In this document: piece by piece, positions 24,846 through 33,895 of the stretch
Layout of the letters: the number at the start of each line of letters is the position of its first letter
Position numbering within the stretch: position 1 is the first letter of the stretch
DNA from: a virus
Taxonomy: Duplodnaviria > Caudoviricetes
DNA: 38,381 nt
IMG/VR virus record: IMGVR_UViG_3300030330_003971
Span: 1-38,381 of that record
Strand: one strand, 5' to 3'
Translations under genes and position numbers: made by a program
Notes under the pieces: model-generated
What the model saw: the letters and a program-made list of their open reading frames with translations, nothing else
Databases searched by the model: none
Told to the model about the DNA's origin: nothing

Positions 24846-24998
24846 TTGACAAGCGTATTTGACATTTATTTGACAATTACTTATATGACATGCTTTTGAC
24901 ACTTGCTGATAATGCGCTTTCAAACTTTGTTTTGACGTGGGGGTACCCCCCTCCCCCCTACCCGAATATATGTCTCCATACTTGACATATCCCTGACA
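24835..24998. repeat. Cluster of promoter-less TGACA-N6-TGACA pairs around a palindrome
   Basis: Pairs at 24835/24846, 24859/24870, 24885/24896, 24982/24993; GGGGGTACCCCC at 24939-24950. Confidence 0.8.
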
Positions 24999-25098
24999 TG
25001 GCGGTCAGACCTGTTTTCGATACCGCTGAAATTTTTTGAGATATTCGGTTTTGAAAAAATCCCCCAAAATATTTTTGAGATTAAGACATAGTTATTAA

Positions 25099-25371
25099 GT
25101 GGGCAAGATTCATAGAAGATCATTTGTTATAGGCGATTTAGTAACTATAGCGCCAGACTTTCGCAATTCAGTGTTGGACTTTGATTTCGAAAAGTACATA
25201 GGCATTGTTATGAATACACCAGAAGAGAATGAGTATGTTGTGTATTGGACCAACTCACCAGTTAACAACTATTACAAGGGAATGTGGTGTGGCGATCACT
25301 TGGTAAAAGTTGAAGATTATGATTTAGAGAAAGAAAAGATCGGATCGCGCTTGCATATGATAGAGATATGA
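25099..25371 (+). CDS. KOW/SH3-like small protein
   Basis: FVIGDLV..IGIV..YVVYW..HLVKV; TAGTTA-N4-GTG. Confidence 0.75.
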   Translation: MGKIHRRSFVIGDLVTIAPDFRNSVLDFDFEKYIGIVMNTPEENEYVVYWTNSPVNNYYKGMWCGDHLVKVEDYDLEKEKIGSRLHMIEI

Positions 25372-25586
25372 GTTATAATAGTCAAGTAGACGAATTTGTA
25401 AAGGGCGATTTGGTTTACTTTACAGGCTACCAAGTTGATAATCCACCGCTAGCGCATAAAATAGGCATTGTAATGAAAGCAGGCATGGGGGCCGCGCCTC
25501 ACACAATGTATGAGGTTATGTGGTTGCATACAGGTAATATTATTACAGTAGCAGGAAAACATCTTACTTTAGCATATACGAGATAA
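25368..25586 (+). CDS. KOW/SH3-like small protein
   Basis: FVKGDLV..IGIV..YEVMW..HL. Confidence 0.75.
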   Translation: MSYNSQVDEFVKGDLVYFTGYQVDNPPLAHKIGIVMKAGMGAAPHTMYEVMWLHTGNIITVAGKHLTLAYTR

Positions 25587-25602
25587 CGAACTATTTATGA
25601 AT

Positions 25603-25872
25603 ATGGAAATCACAAAAGCAAGGCTTGTACAGCTTATTAATGAAGAACTAACACGCGCCGATAAGTCGGAGATTAAAAAAATGATCGACGACGCGATTGA
25701 GAAGGGCGTTAAGCGTGATCTTAAAAAACACTTGGAAGACGAGCTAGTAAGAACGCTTAAATCCAAAGACGTAAAGGCAGACATAGGCGAAATTGCCAAA
25801 AAGGTAATTAAAAAGCTTTATAAGGACCTTTCATTCCACCACCCATATATTATTGATCGTATTAAGATATAA
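25603..25872 (+). CDS. Helical protein with an 'ITKARLVQLINEEL' leader
   Basis: TATTTA-N5-ATG; leader type shared with 29439 and 33040. Confidence 0.75.
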   Translation: MEITKARLVQLINEELTRADKSEIKKMIDDAIEKGVKRDLKKHLEDELVRTLKSKDVKADIGEIAKKVIKKLYKDLSFHHPYIIDRIKI

Positions 25873-26057
25873 TGTACGTACGTAAAGATAAAGCTAGCAT
25901 TGGCGATTGGATTAAAGACGAATTTCGCAACGACCGTTCCCTGGGCATTGTGCTTTCTACAGATGATGAGACTGGCATGATGCTTGTGCGCTACCCAAAA
26001 ATCGCCAAAGACGTTTGGGTAGTGCGCGAAAATCGGGGCCATTATATTGTTATATAA
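25872..26057 (+). CDS. KOW/SH3-like small protein
   Basis: IGDWI..LGIVL. Confidence 0.7.
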   Translation: MYVRKDKASIGDWIKDEFRNDRSLGIVLSTDDETGMMLVRYPKIAKDVWVVRENRGHYIVI

Positions 26058-26088
26058 CTATTTAAAACGTTTTAAAGGACTTTGTTTT

Positions 26089-26313
26089 ATGTATTACTGT
26101 ACGCCGGCAATTTTTTTAATTGGAATTGCGCTTTCATCATGCTCCCATGGCATCGCTAAAGAACCTGACGACAGCTATTTATTCGAGATTGAGGAATGCC
26201 CAAGCCCGATCTGCACTAAGTTGCAAAACTTACAGCATCACACATATAAACCTGTACATAAGCAGCCATATAATTCATTACAAATTTTTGAAGACTGTGT
26301 TATTGCACTTTAG
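26089..26313 (+). CDS. Possible small lipoprotein
   Basis: AAGGA SD; hydrophobic stretch then LSSC. Confidence 0.45.
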   Translation: MYYCTPAIFLIGIALSSCSHGIAKEPDDSYLFEIEECPSPICTKLQNLQHHTYKPVHKQPYNSLQIFEDCVIAL

Positions 26314-26328
26314 GGCCCTAAGTACTAT

Positions 26329-26589
26329 GTGGGCGATTATGACGACAAAGATTTAATTATCTTTGGGGTTGGCGACTTTGTTGTCGATACTCAATTTAAT
26401 GACATTGGGCTGCTGCTTATGCGTTTTAACTTAGTCGACGACTCATACCCGCCAATATATGCATGGGACATAATCTGGTCTGGCTGTCGTACTGCCATGA
26501 AAGGTCAACCAAGGCGGGCACCTTACACTGAAGAAAGCTTAAAAAACATGGTTATCGAAGGTGTATTAACTTTACATAAAAATAATTAA
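26329..26589 (+). CDS. KOW/SH3-like small protein
   Basis: GVGDFVVD..DIGLL..WDIIW..EESLK. Confidence 0.75.
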   Translation: MGDYDDKDLIIFGVGDFVVDTQFNDIGLLLMRFNLVDDSYPPIYAWDIIWSGCRTAMKGQPRRAPYTEESLKNMVIEGVLTLHKNN

Positions 26590-26592
26590 TAT

Positions 26593-26871
26593 ATGATAGA
26601 AAACTTGCAATCTCGCCTAAAATCTGTTATATTATCAATAGGTGATATTGTTGTTGATTGTGTTAATAATGATATTGGCATTTTAGTTCGTCGCGTACGT
26701 CAATTTGATGTAATGTTAGATGAGCTTTATATTTGGGAAGTGCGTTGGATTAATAAGGCCAAGGAAGACCTACCCATGTCTGGTGCAATAGAGGAAGAAT
26801 CCCTTAAACTATCAATCGCTGTTGGTACATACGAATGGCATTCAATAAACGGAGAGAGCATTGAGTTATAA
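26593..26871 (+). CDS. KOW/SH3-like small protein (tandem paralog of 26329)
   Basis: SIGDIVVD..DIGIL..WEVRW..EESLK. Confidence 0.75.
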   Translation: MIENLQSRLKSVILSIGDIVVDCVNNDIGILVRRVRQFDVMLDELYIWEVRWINKAKEDLPMSGAIEEESLKLSIAVGTYEWHSINGESIEL

Positions 26872-27307
26872 TTGGAACGTATACAAAGTATTTAAGAATG
26901 GAAATAGGGCAAAAGCCCCAATGGCTACATTCGAATGTGATGAAGTCACAATGGAAGAGCATTTTAATAATGTAATAAAGAAAAATTTTAGTGGAAAATT
27001 TGCTGACGCAAATTATCATATTATTCGCTCGGATCTGCCCCAAGAAGAAAATCTCGCGTCTGAAGAAGAAAAAATTTCTAAAGAAAAAAATCGCGTTTTG
27101 GGGCGCATCGCTGCACAACAACAAATCAATTACAAATACGGTGTCGGGACGTCCCTGGTATATTGTGCCGAATCTAACTGGCGTTGGCAATGGGCCGCGG
27201 TAGGTGCAGCAACAAGTAAATACCTTGCTGGGCTCTCTCCTAAATTTGACACGTATACGGAGGCCCAAGTTTGGATTCAAGAACTTATGGATATGAAGAG
27301 CGCTTAG
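26861..27307 (+). CDS. Hypothetical protein
   Basis: GGAG SD, TTG start. Confidence 0.7.
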   Translation: MSYNWNVYKVFKNGNRAKAPMATFECDEVTMEEHFNNVIKKNFSGKFADANYHIIRSDLPQEENLASEEEKISKEKNRVLGRIAAQQQINYKYGVGTSLVYCAESNWRWQWAAVGAATSKYLAGLSPKFDTYTEAQVWIQELMDMKSA

Positions 27308-27510
27308 ATAACGTTACTAAGGGCAGCTTAGTAAAAATTTGTGTCACAAACTGGGGGGCGCCTCCAACTTATTGTATGGGTGTAGTGATTGACACCGTCA
27401 ATAAAAATAATGAAACACTATTTCCTTCGGTGGTGGTATATAATTTAGAGACCAAGAAAACAACACGTGAATTTCTTGGCGGACTTAGGATTATATCAAA
27501 AGTTGATTGA
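27271..27510 (+). CDS. KOW/SH3-like small protein
   Basis: KGSLVKI..MGVVI..LRIISK; start uncertain. Confidence 0.6.
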   Translation: MDSRTYGYEERLDNVTKGSLVKICVTNWGAPPTYCMGVVIDTVNKNNETLFPSVVVYNLETKKTTREFLGGLRIISKVD

Positions 27511-27676
27511 CGAAAAAAAAATTAAAGCTTTTTACAAGGGCCTGTGTAACGCGGCGTTAGGCGTAAACATTGCACTGATAATATTTGCTTTAATAACTGA
27601 GTACTACGTTATGATCCCCTTAGCAGTAATAAATTCTTTGCTTCTTTCAGTGGCTTATGTTATAGAGGACAATTAG
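27467..27676 (+). CDS. Small two-TM membrane protein
   Basis: Two hydrophobic segments; start uncertain. Confidence 0.55.
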   Translation: MNFLADLGLYQKLIDEKKIKAFYKGLCNAALGVNIALIIFALITEYYVMIPLAVINSLLLSVAYVIEDN

Positions 27677-27705
27677 TCACTACTTATTTTGGAGGGAGCT
27701 TAATA

Positions 27706-28434
27706 ATGAAACATTTATTATTGTCAGCGCTGCTGTTTATTTTACCAGCAAATGCACAAGACAAAACAAATCAAAGTAGCACTACAAATAATAGTGCGAC
27801 AACCACACAAATACATTCATCTTATTCGCACGTGGAAAAGGCTGTTAGGAATGCAGCTGTTAAAGTTAATACACGTGATGGCCATGGAAGTGGAGGCCTG
27901 ATAAAATACAAGGATATGCTTTTAGTACTAACTGCACAACATGTTGCAGATGGTCGTCTAGGTGAAGCTTATTTGGTCGCAACGGAATCAGAAGAACGTT
28001 TAGCGCTTTTAGTTTATAGTGATCCTTTAAATGATATCGCTGTTCTTTATGTAGGGCAAGAATTTAGGTACGCCAAACCTATGCGCTGGAAAACAAAAAG
28101 TATACTTACGCCAGTAACTACAGCTATCACATACTCAGGATACCCCTCTTGGCATAGTTTATTAAGTTTTAGAGGTTCGGTAGCTGGTTATGAGTTAATA
28201 CCACACAGGGGCCAACAAATTATTTTGCAAACATATGGATATTTTGGTAGCAGCGGTTCAGTAATTTATGACTCTGATTATAATATAGTTGGTATATTAT
28301 GGGGAGTTGATGTGCAAAGAGATGGGGTTCATGAAAACATTGTTTGGGTTTCACCTATTCAAAAATTAAATTTAGATTTGGCTCTTAAGCCGCTTTGTAC
28401 AGGTCTTGGTAATAAACCAAGAGCATGTAAATGA
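27706..28434 (+). CDS. Secreted trypsin-like (S1) serine protease
   Basis: Signal peptide ending ANA; TAQH, DIAV, GSSGS. Confidence 0.85.
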   Translation: MKHLLLSALLFILPANAQDKTNQSSTTNNSATTTQIHSSYSHVEKAVRNAAVKVNTRDGHGSGGLIKYKDMLLVLTAQHVADGRLGEAYLVATESEERLALLVYSDPLNDIAVLYVGQEFRYAKPMRWKTKSILTPVTTAITYSGYPSWHSLLSFRGSVAGYELIPHRGQQIILQTYGYFGSSGSVIYDSDYNIVGILWGVDVQRDGVHENIVWVSPIQKLNLDLALKPLCTGLGNKPRACK

Positions 28435-28856
28435 TAGAAAAAGAAGCTGGGATCGTTGTTTGTTTAGATCGCAAACAACGATTTTTAATTATTAGACGAT
28501 CAGATATGGATAATAGAATGGGACAATGGACAATTCCAGGTGGTCATATCGATAAGGAAGACCGTTCAATTGAGGCTGGTTCCGTAAGAGAACTTGATGA
28601 AGAGACAAATTTATTATGTAATACTGAAGACTTAATATATCTTGGTGAAGCTAAGCCGAAAAAGTATTATTTCTTGACTCAAAAGTGGACCGGCAACGTT
28701 AGTGTTAGCAAACCAAATCCAAAAACTGGGATTATTGAACATGATGACTGGAGATGGGCTACCATTGATGATATAAAAGACATTGCCAATACTGAAATTC
28801 CGATCTATTTATTGGAGAAAGCTCTAAAAATAGCAGGATTTGATAGCAATGAATGA
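28431..28856 (+). CDS. Nudix hydrolase
   Basis: PGGHIDKEDRSIEAGSVRELDEETN Nudix box. Confidence 0.9.
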   Translation: MIEKEAGIVVCLDRKQRFLIIRRSDMDNRMGQWTIPGGHIDKEDRSIEAGSVRELDEETNLLCNTEDLIYLGEAKPKKYYFLTQKWTGNVSVSKPNPKTGIIEHDDWRWATIDDIKDIANTEIPIYLLEKALKIAGFDSNE

Positions 28857-29442
28857 TTTATATGGCGAAATCGATGAAATAGTTCAAGAAGAACTTGAAT
28901 CTGTGCTCGATGAAAAACGTAAAAAGAAAAAAAAGAAGAAAAAGAAGAAAGCTAAGAGAGATGCTTGCTATCATAAGGTAAAAGCACGTTATGATGTATG
29001 GCCTTCTGCATATGCTTCTGGTGCTCTTGTAAAATGCCGAAAAGTTGGTGCTGCAAACTGGGGCAATTCTAAAAAAGAACATCTTCGAACAATGGTTGAG
29101 AACGAATTAACAAAAGTTTTGCAAGAAAGACAAGCAGAGCCCATTAACTCTATTGATGATCTTGTGTATTATACTCTTTTCGAAGTTTTAAACGAAAAAA
29201 AAAACTTAGATGAAGATTTGCGCAAGTGGTTTGGCCGAAAAGGTGCTCCTGGCAAGAAAAAAGGTTGGGTAGACTGTAATACTTGCCGTAAAGATAAGAA
29301 AACAGGTCGTAAAAAGTGTTCTGCTTGCGGAAGGTCAAGCGGAGAAAAGCGCTCAAAGTATCCATCGTGTCGTCCAACCCCTTCGGCATGCGGCAAAAGA
29401 GGCAAATGGGGTAAAAAATCTAAAAAAGGAAAGAAAGGATGA
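28849..29442 (+). CDS. Lys/Cys-rich modular protein
   Basis: DACYHKVK..WPSAYASGALVKCR and LRKWF..GWVDC..KYPSCRP modules separated by EEL/LDE linkers. Confidence 0.8.
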   Translation: MNDLYGEIDEIVQEELESVLDEKRKKKKKKKKKKAKRDACYHKVKARYDVWPSAYASGALVKCRKVGAANWGNSKKEHLRTMVENELTKVLQERQAEPINSIDDLVYYTLFEVLNEKKNLDEDLRKWFGRKGAPGKKKGWVDCNTCRKDKKTGRKKCSACGRSSGEKRSKYPSCRPTPSACGKRGKWGKKSKKGKKG

Positions 29443-30077
29443 GCATTAAACTTACTAGAAAACAACTAAAACAAATAATTTTAGAGGAATTAGAAGAAAT
29501 TAGAACAGATGGTCGTGGATTTGGACCTGCACAGGTGGCTACCGCCAGAGCATTATCAGCAAAAGGTGTAGCTAAAAGGCCAGAAAGTGTTAGAACTCGT
29601 TTAATGCAATTAGTTGCCGACTTAGATTTGCAAAACCCTACTCAAGAAGAAATTAGACAGTTGGCTGATATGGTCACCAGTCTTATGGACGCTGCTCAAG
29701 ATGCAGATGAAGTTGGTTTAGAGGAAGATATTATAGCCATAATTGATGAAGAGATGGAAAATTACCTTGAAGAATCGTTGTTTTACGGCCTTATTGATGA
29801 AAACAATGAAATAAATGAAAAAAAGAAGAAAAAAGGCTGTAAACCATCAAAAGGCAAGAAATATGCACGTAGAGTTAAGGGAAAATGTGTTTCTTACGGC
29901 GCAAAAGGCTATAAAATTGCTCCTGGAACCTCAAAAGGTAACTCATATTGTGCAAGATCGTATGGAGATATGAAATCTCACGGTAAAGACTGTTCCGGCA
30001 AGGATAGAAGCACACCTTTATGTCTTTCTCGCAAGAAATGGAAGTGTTCAGGTAAATATTCTCGTAAAGGTAAGTGA
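29439..30077 (+). CDS. Leader-bearing protein with a Lys/Cys-rich C-terminal module
   Basis: LTRKQLKQIILEELEE; SYGAKG..SYCARS..RKKWKC. Confidence 0.8.
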   Translation: MSIKLTRKQLKQIILEELEEIRTDGRGFGPAQVATARALSAKGVAKRPESVRTRLMQLVADLDLQNPTQEEIRQLADMVTSLMDAAQDADEVGLEEDIIAIIDEEMENYLEESLFYGLIDENNEINEKKKKKGCKPSKGKKYARRVKGKCVSYGAKGYKIAPGTSKGNSYCARSYGDMKSHGKDCSGKDRSTPLCLSRKKWKCSGKYSRKGK

Positions 30078-30078
30078 T

Positions 30079-32532
30079 ATGCTGACTGATGAGCAAATTT
30101 TAGTAAAAACGTCGGCAATTTTAAAAAATTTAGACTTAAAGTGGTCAAAAAACGAAGAAATTAACGAAAAAGTGCTTCGTGAAGTCACAGAAGACGAAAT
30201 GAGAGTGCTCGAAGACGTTTTAGACGACTTAGACCCGAATAATTTGCCTTTAAACAGTCTTTTTAGCGATAAAATGCGGATTATTATACCTTTTCCGACA
30301 ATGGACAACCAGTCGGAACTTGGACAGTTTGTAGAAGAGTTACAAAACAATTTAGAGCTTAATGTAGACTGGAATACAGGTATGGTGTCTGCAGAACGTC
30401 AGTGGACCATAAATTCTGTTGAAAATTCTGAGAATTTTGCTGCTTCTTTGCTTGATCATGGCCCAGAACAAAAAGTAGCAAACAAAAAAATTCAAATGAA
30501 GCTTGGAAAGTACTTTGTAAAACTTGATAAGGCAATAAAAGACTATCATGAGATGCGAACAATGATTGTCAAAAAAATTCACGGTCATAAAGAGCACGGA
30601 AACATGTATAATGCAATGACACGCCTTACAGTTGGTGAAATTCAAGATACATTGGGTGAAGATATTAAACATTGGCATCGAATTTTAAATACGCTTGAGT
30701 TGTTGATGGGAACTTCAAACATGGGAAGAGTATCTAAATATTTTCCCTCTTATAAAGAACAAACAGAAAAAAACATGGGCAGCAGAATTCCAATCTTGGC
30801 CAAATACTGGCAAGAAAATGCTGGATACATCAAACAAAACATTGATGACCTTACAAATGACAAATACTCTATCATTATTACGCGTCATCCAGTCGATGTT
30901 CTTAGAATGAGTGACTTTGATAAAATTACATCGTGTCATTCTCCATCAAGTCGCACAAATGCTTATCAATCTTATTACAAATGTGCTGTAGCTGAAGCTC
31001 AAGGTCATGGAGCAGTAGCATACGTGGTGGAAACAGAAGATATTGTCAAATGGAGTGGACGTAGTGACATGTCCATGGAAGAAATAGAAGAAGAAATGCA
31101 AGATGGTGAAATATTTTATGATGATAAGCGCCAATATGCAGGAAGTATAGAACCTATTTCTCGTTCGCGCATTAGACATATGCGTTATTATGATACAGAT
31201 TCTCCAGCGCGTTATGATGACGGTATAGATATAGGCGTGCCAGAAAACCGTATTTATGGTGCTAGTATTCCTGGATTTAAAGACACAATTGTTGATTGGT
31301 CAAGACAAAGTCAAGAAGAAGTAATAGAAAACATACCAAAAGAAGATGGCAAAATTAACTTAAATAGATTTATGATTTTTGGTGGTTCTTATGAGGATAC
31401 GGCTGGCACTAAAGGTCGACAAGAACTTATATTACAATTAGTTGGTCCAAATCAAGACAGTGTGGGTTCTGTAAAACAGAACACAGACACCGAAGATACT
31501 TTAGACGCTGATTTAATTGGTGACATTGTTCAGCAATACGAAAATTATTGCAGCGGAAGAACAGATTATTGGAACAACCATATGGCAGCATGCGAGGTTG
31601 AGTATGATGTAGAAGACGACGGTGATGGTGGTGTTTATATCGCCGTAGGAGCAAAAATTCAAATTGAATGGGACGCAAGTGATTGGAATAGTTTACCAAA
31701 TGCTGTTAATCGTGCCGTAATGTATTCTGCAGATGTAATTAACGATATATATGGTGACTTGTTAAAGTCTGACGGTGCTTTTTTACAAAGAAAACGGAAT
31801 CGTCGAGGCGAAGATTTAATTGTATGGCATTGTGATATAGAACCAGAACATCCAGAGTTAGGAGGCCGTTTTCTTGCGTTAGACGAAGAATATGAAGAGT
31901 TTTGTGCAGCAGTCGATCTTATTATAGACGAAAAACGTGATGCCTTCAAAGAAATACTTACAAATTATTTTGCACGCGAAGGATTTATGCAAGGTGGCGA
32001 GTACATAAACTTTGCTGTAGATGTCGAAAACGGTGAAATTTCTTCGTATGAATGGGACGTAGAAACTGACGGAGATTATGAAGACAGTTATGAGACATAC
32101 GCGTCATATTCATTCGACTATAATGTCGAAGAAGTTAAGATGAGTGAAGATGTTTTAAAGCAGATTTTAAATTCTCGCGATTATAAAATTCAGTTACGTC
32201 GCAATTTGTTACAAGAACCGCAACAAGTCGTGGACACAGATTACTTTTTATCAATGAAAGCTTTTGCAAATAAATATGTTGAAGGAGAACTCAGAGTTAC
32301 CGTCACCTTCTCAGTAAACCGTGATGAACCCGATGAGATGGTTGCTCTTTTTAAGGAGCTTGTAGAGGGTGATATGGACGATGAAGATAACCTTACTGTG
32401 GTATTCAACAAAACTTTTGCCCAAATAGCTAGCACAATCAACTCAGGTCAATTTCCAGAACAAGAAAGCCCAGCCACCGCGGGACTAAACGAAATGTTAG
32501 TTAAAACATGGAAGGACTATATAAGGGTATGA
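30079..32532 (+). CDS. Large acidic hypothetical protein (817 aa)
   Basis: Long ORF; TRHPVDVLRMSD..TSCH motif; C-terminal half resembles the first ORF. Confidence 0.85.
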   Translation: MLTDEQILVKTSAILKNLDLKWSKNEEINEKVLREVTEDEMRVLEDVLDDLDPNNLPLNSLFSDKMRIIIPFPTMDNQSELGQFVEELQNNLELNVDWNTGMVSAERQWTINSVENSENFAASLLDHGPEQKVANKKIQMKLGKYFVKLDKAIKDYHEMRTMIVKKIHGHKEHGNMYNAMTRLTVGEIQDTLGEDIKHWHRILNTLELLMGTSNMGRVSKYFPSYKEQTEKNMGSRIPILAKYWQENAGYIKQNIDDLTNDKYSIIITRHPVDVLRMSDFDKITSCHSPSSRTNAYQSYYKCAVAEAQGHGAVAYVVETEDIVKWSGRSDMSMEEIEEEMQDGEIFYDDKRQYAGSIEPISRSRIRHMRYYDTDSPARYDDGIDIGVPENRIYGASIPGFKDTIVDWSRQSQEEVIENIPKEDGKINLNRFMIFGGSYEDTAGTKGRQELILQLVGPNQDSVGSVKQNTDTEDTLDADLIGDIVQQYENYCSGRTDYWNNHMAACEVEYDVEDDGDGGVYIAVGAKIQIEWDASDWNSLPNAVNRAVMYSADVINDIYGDLLKSDGAFLQRKRNRRGEDLIVWHCDIEPEHPELGGRFLALDEEYEEFCAAVDLIIDEKRDAFKEILTNYFAREGFMQGGEYINFAVDVENGEISSYEWDVETDGDYEDSYETYASYSFDYNVEEVKMSEDVLKQILNSRDYKIQLRRNLLQEPQQVVDTDYFLSMKAFANKYVEGELRVTVTFSVNRDEPDEMVALFKELVEGDMDDEDNLTVVFNKTFAQIASTINSGQFPEQESPATAGLNEMLVKTWKDYIRV

Positions 32533-33047
32533 AGCTTTTAATTGAAAATTGGCGTAGCTATATATCTGAAGATGAAGCGGTAAAGTGTCCGCCTCCAACT
32601 CAAGATTTAGATTTAAATACAAAAAACAGAGATCGATGCAGAAAAGAAGCCGATTACGGGCCCATGAATCCTCTCAAGCCAAGTTTAAAATACTGGCAAC
32701 TCGCTGCGGGTAAATGGGCCGGCGCAACACCTCAAGAAGCCATGGGACAACGATGTGGTAATTGTGTCGCGTTTGATGTGTCACCAAGAATGTTAGAGTG
32801 TTTACCTATTTCAACCGACCAAGTTGATCCAATGTCCATGGTTGATGAGCAATTGAAAGATAAAATGATAAATGATTTTCCTGGATTTCCAAAAGAAGGC
32901 GCCGCGCTTGGTTTTGGATACTGTCATATGTGGAAGTTTAAATGTCATAGTGCTAGAGCATGTAACACTTGGGCAGGCGGTGGGCCCGTTAAAACTGATG
33001 AACAATCAATCGAAACACAAACTGGTAAAAAAGAAAAAGATGACTAA
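32529..33047 (+). CDS. Cys-rich protein with a HiPIP-like pattern and MKLLIENWR leader
   Basis: ATGA overlap; QRCGNCVAF..GYC..CNTW. Confidence 0.75.
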   Translation: MKLLIENWRSYISEDEAVKCPPPTQDLDLNTKNRDRCRKEADYGPMNPLKPSLKYWQLAAGKWAGATPQEAMGQRCGNCVAFDVSPRMLECLPISTDQVDPMSMVDEQLKDKMINDFPGFPKEGAALGFGYCHMWKFKCHSARACNTWAGGGPVKTDEQSIETQTGKKEKDD

Positions 33048-33225
33048 TATTACTGAAGAACAATTAAGAGAAATTATTGCCGAAGAATTAAGAAGCGTGC
33101 TTCTTGAAAAATGTTGGCCTGGATATGAAAAAAAGGGCATGAAAACTATGTTTGGAAAACGATATCCAAATTGTGTTAAAAAAACAAAATCTAAAAAGAA
33201 AAAACGTAAAAGCAAAAAGAAATAA
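33040..33225 (+). CDS. Small leader + CWxGY..PNCV basic peptide
   Basis: ITEEQLREIIAEEL..LLE then KCWPGYEKKGMKTMFGKRYPNCVKK. Confidence 0.75.
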   Translation: MTNITEEQLREIIAEELRSVLLEKCWPGYEKKGMKTMFGKRYPNCVKKTKSKKKKRKSKKK

Positions 33226-33272
33226 ACTTGTAGTCCGACTTGCTGACTAACTACTTTAGGAGGCAAGTTAAA

Positions 33273-33860
33273 ATGTTAAAGTATATAATGTTTTTTGGAT
33301 TAGTAGGTTGTGGAGCCGCTGAACTTAAAACTAACGGATTGGACACCGCACAAGCGGTGGTTGAAGAAGAAATACCTGAACAGTTTGGTATTATTAACAC
33401 TGATGAGTGTGATCAAAAACATATTGGCTCAAGTGTTTGTAACATGGTGTTTTATGATCAAAATATGGACGTATGGCAGTTATACAAGCACGAAGGTAAA
33501 GTTATTGTTCTTGATTTCTCCACTGTTTGGTGCGGCCCATGCCAGCATGCTGGCCAATATACACAAGGTATTCAAAGCGATTATGGTGATAAATTACAAT
33601 TTGTAACTGTTTTGGTTGATGGTGCCACAGGAGAACCGCCAACAGAAGAAGAAATCAATGAATGGGTGTCTTCTCACGGCATTACAACAGCGCCAGTATT
33701 GTATGCTGATAGAAGTGTTATGGATCAAACAGGAGAAACTGGCTATCTTGTTGGAGGATTTCCAACATATGTGTTTATTAATAAAGAATTAAAAATACAC
33801 AGTGGTGCTGTAGGTTTTAACGAAGTGTATGTCAGATCTATTATTGACGAACTGTTATAA
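33273..33860 (+). CDS. TlpA/ResA-like thioredoxin-fold lipoprotein
   Basis: AGGAGG SD; lipobox LVGC; GKVIVLDFSTVWCGPC; GFPT. Confidence 0.85.
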   Translation: MLKYIMFFGLVGCGAAELKTNGLDTAQAVVEEEIPEQFGIINTDECDQKHIGSSVCNMVFYDQNMDVWQLYKHEGKVIVLDFSTVWCGPCQHAGQYTQGIQSDYGDKLQFVTVLVDGATGEPPTEEEINEWVSSHGITTAPVLYADRSVMDQTGETGYLVGGFPTYVFINKELKIHSGAVGFNEVYVRSIIDELL

Positions 33861-33888
33861 GTGTGTTATAATAAAACTGGACTATTTA
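33844..33888 (+). promoter_or_regulatory. sigma70-like promoter followed by the late motif
   Basis: TTGACG 33844, 17 bp, TGT-TATAAT 33867; TATTTA 33883. Confidence 0.55.
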
Positions 33889-33895
33889 ATGTAGT

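Noticed and set aside
7774-24998. Recurrent TTGACATTTCCTTGACA as a CRISPR repeat
   Set aside because: Copies are degenerate, hundreds to thousands of bases apart, separated by genes and tied to -35/-10 elements; no cas genes
28913-28950. A-rich run as a frameshift or assembly artefact
   Set aside because: It stays in frame as poly-Lys, and similar tracts recur in neighbouring genes
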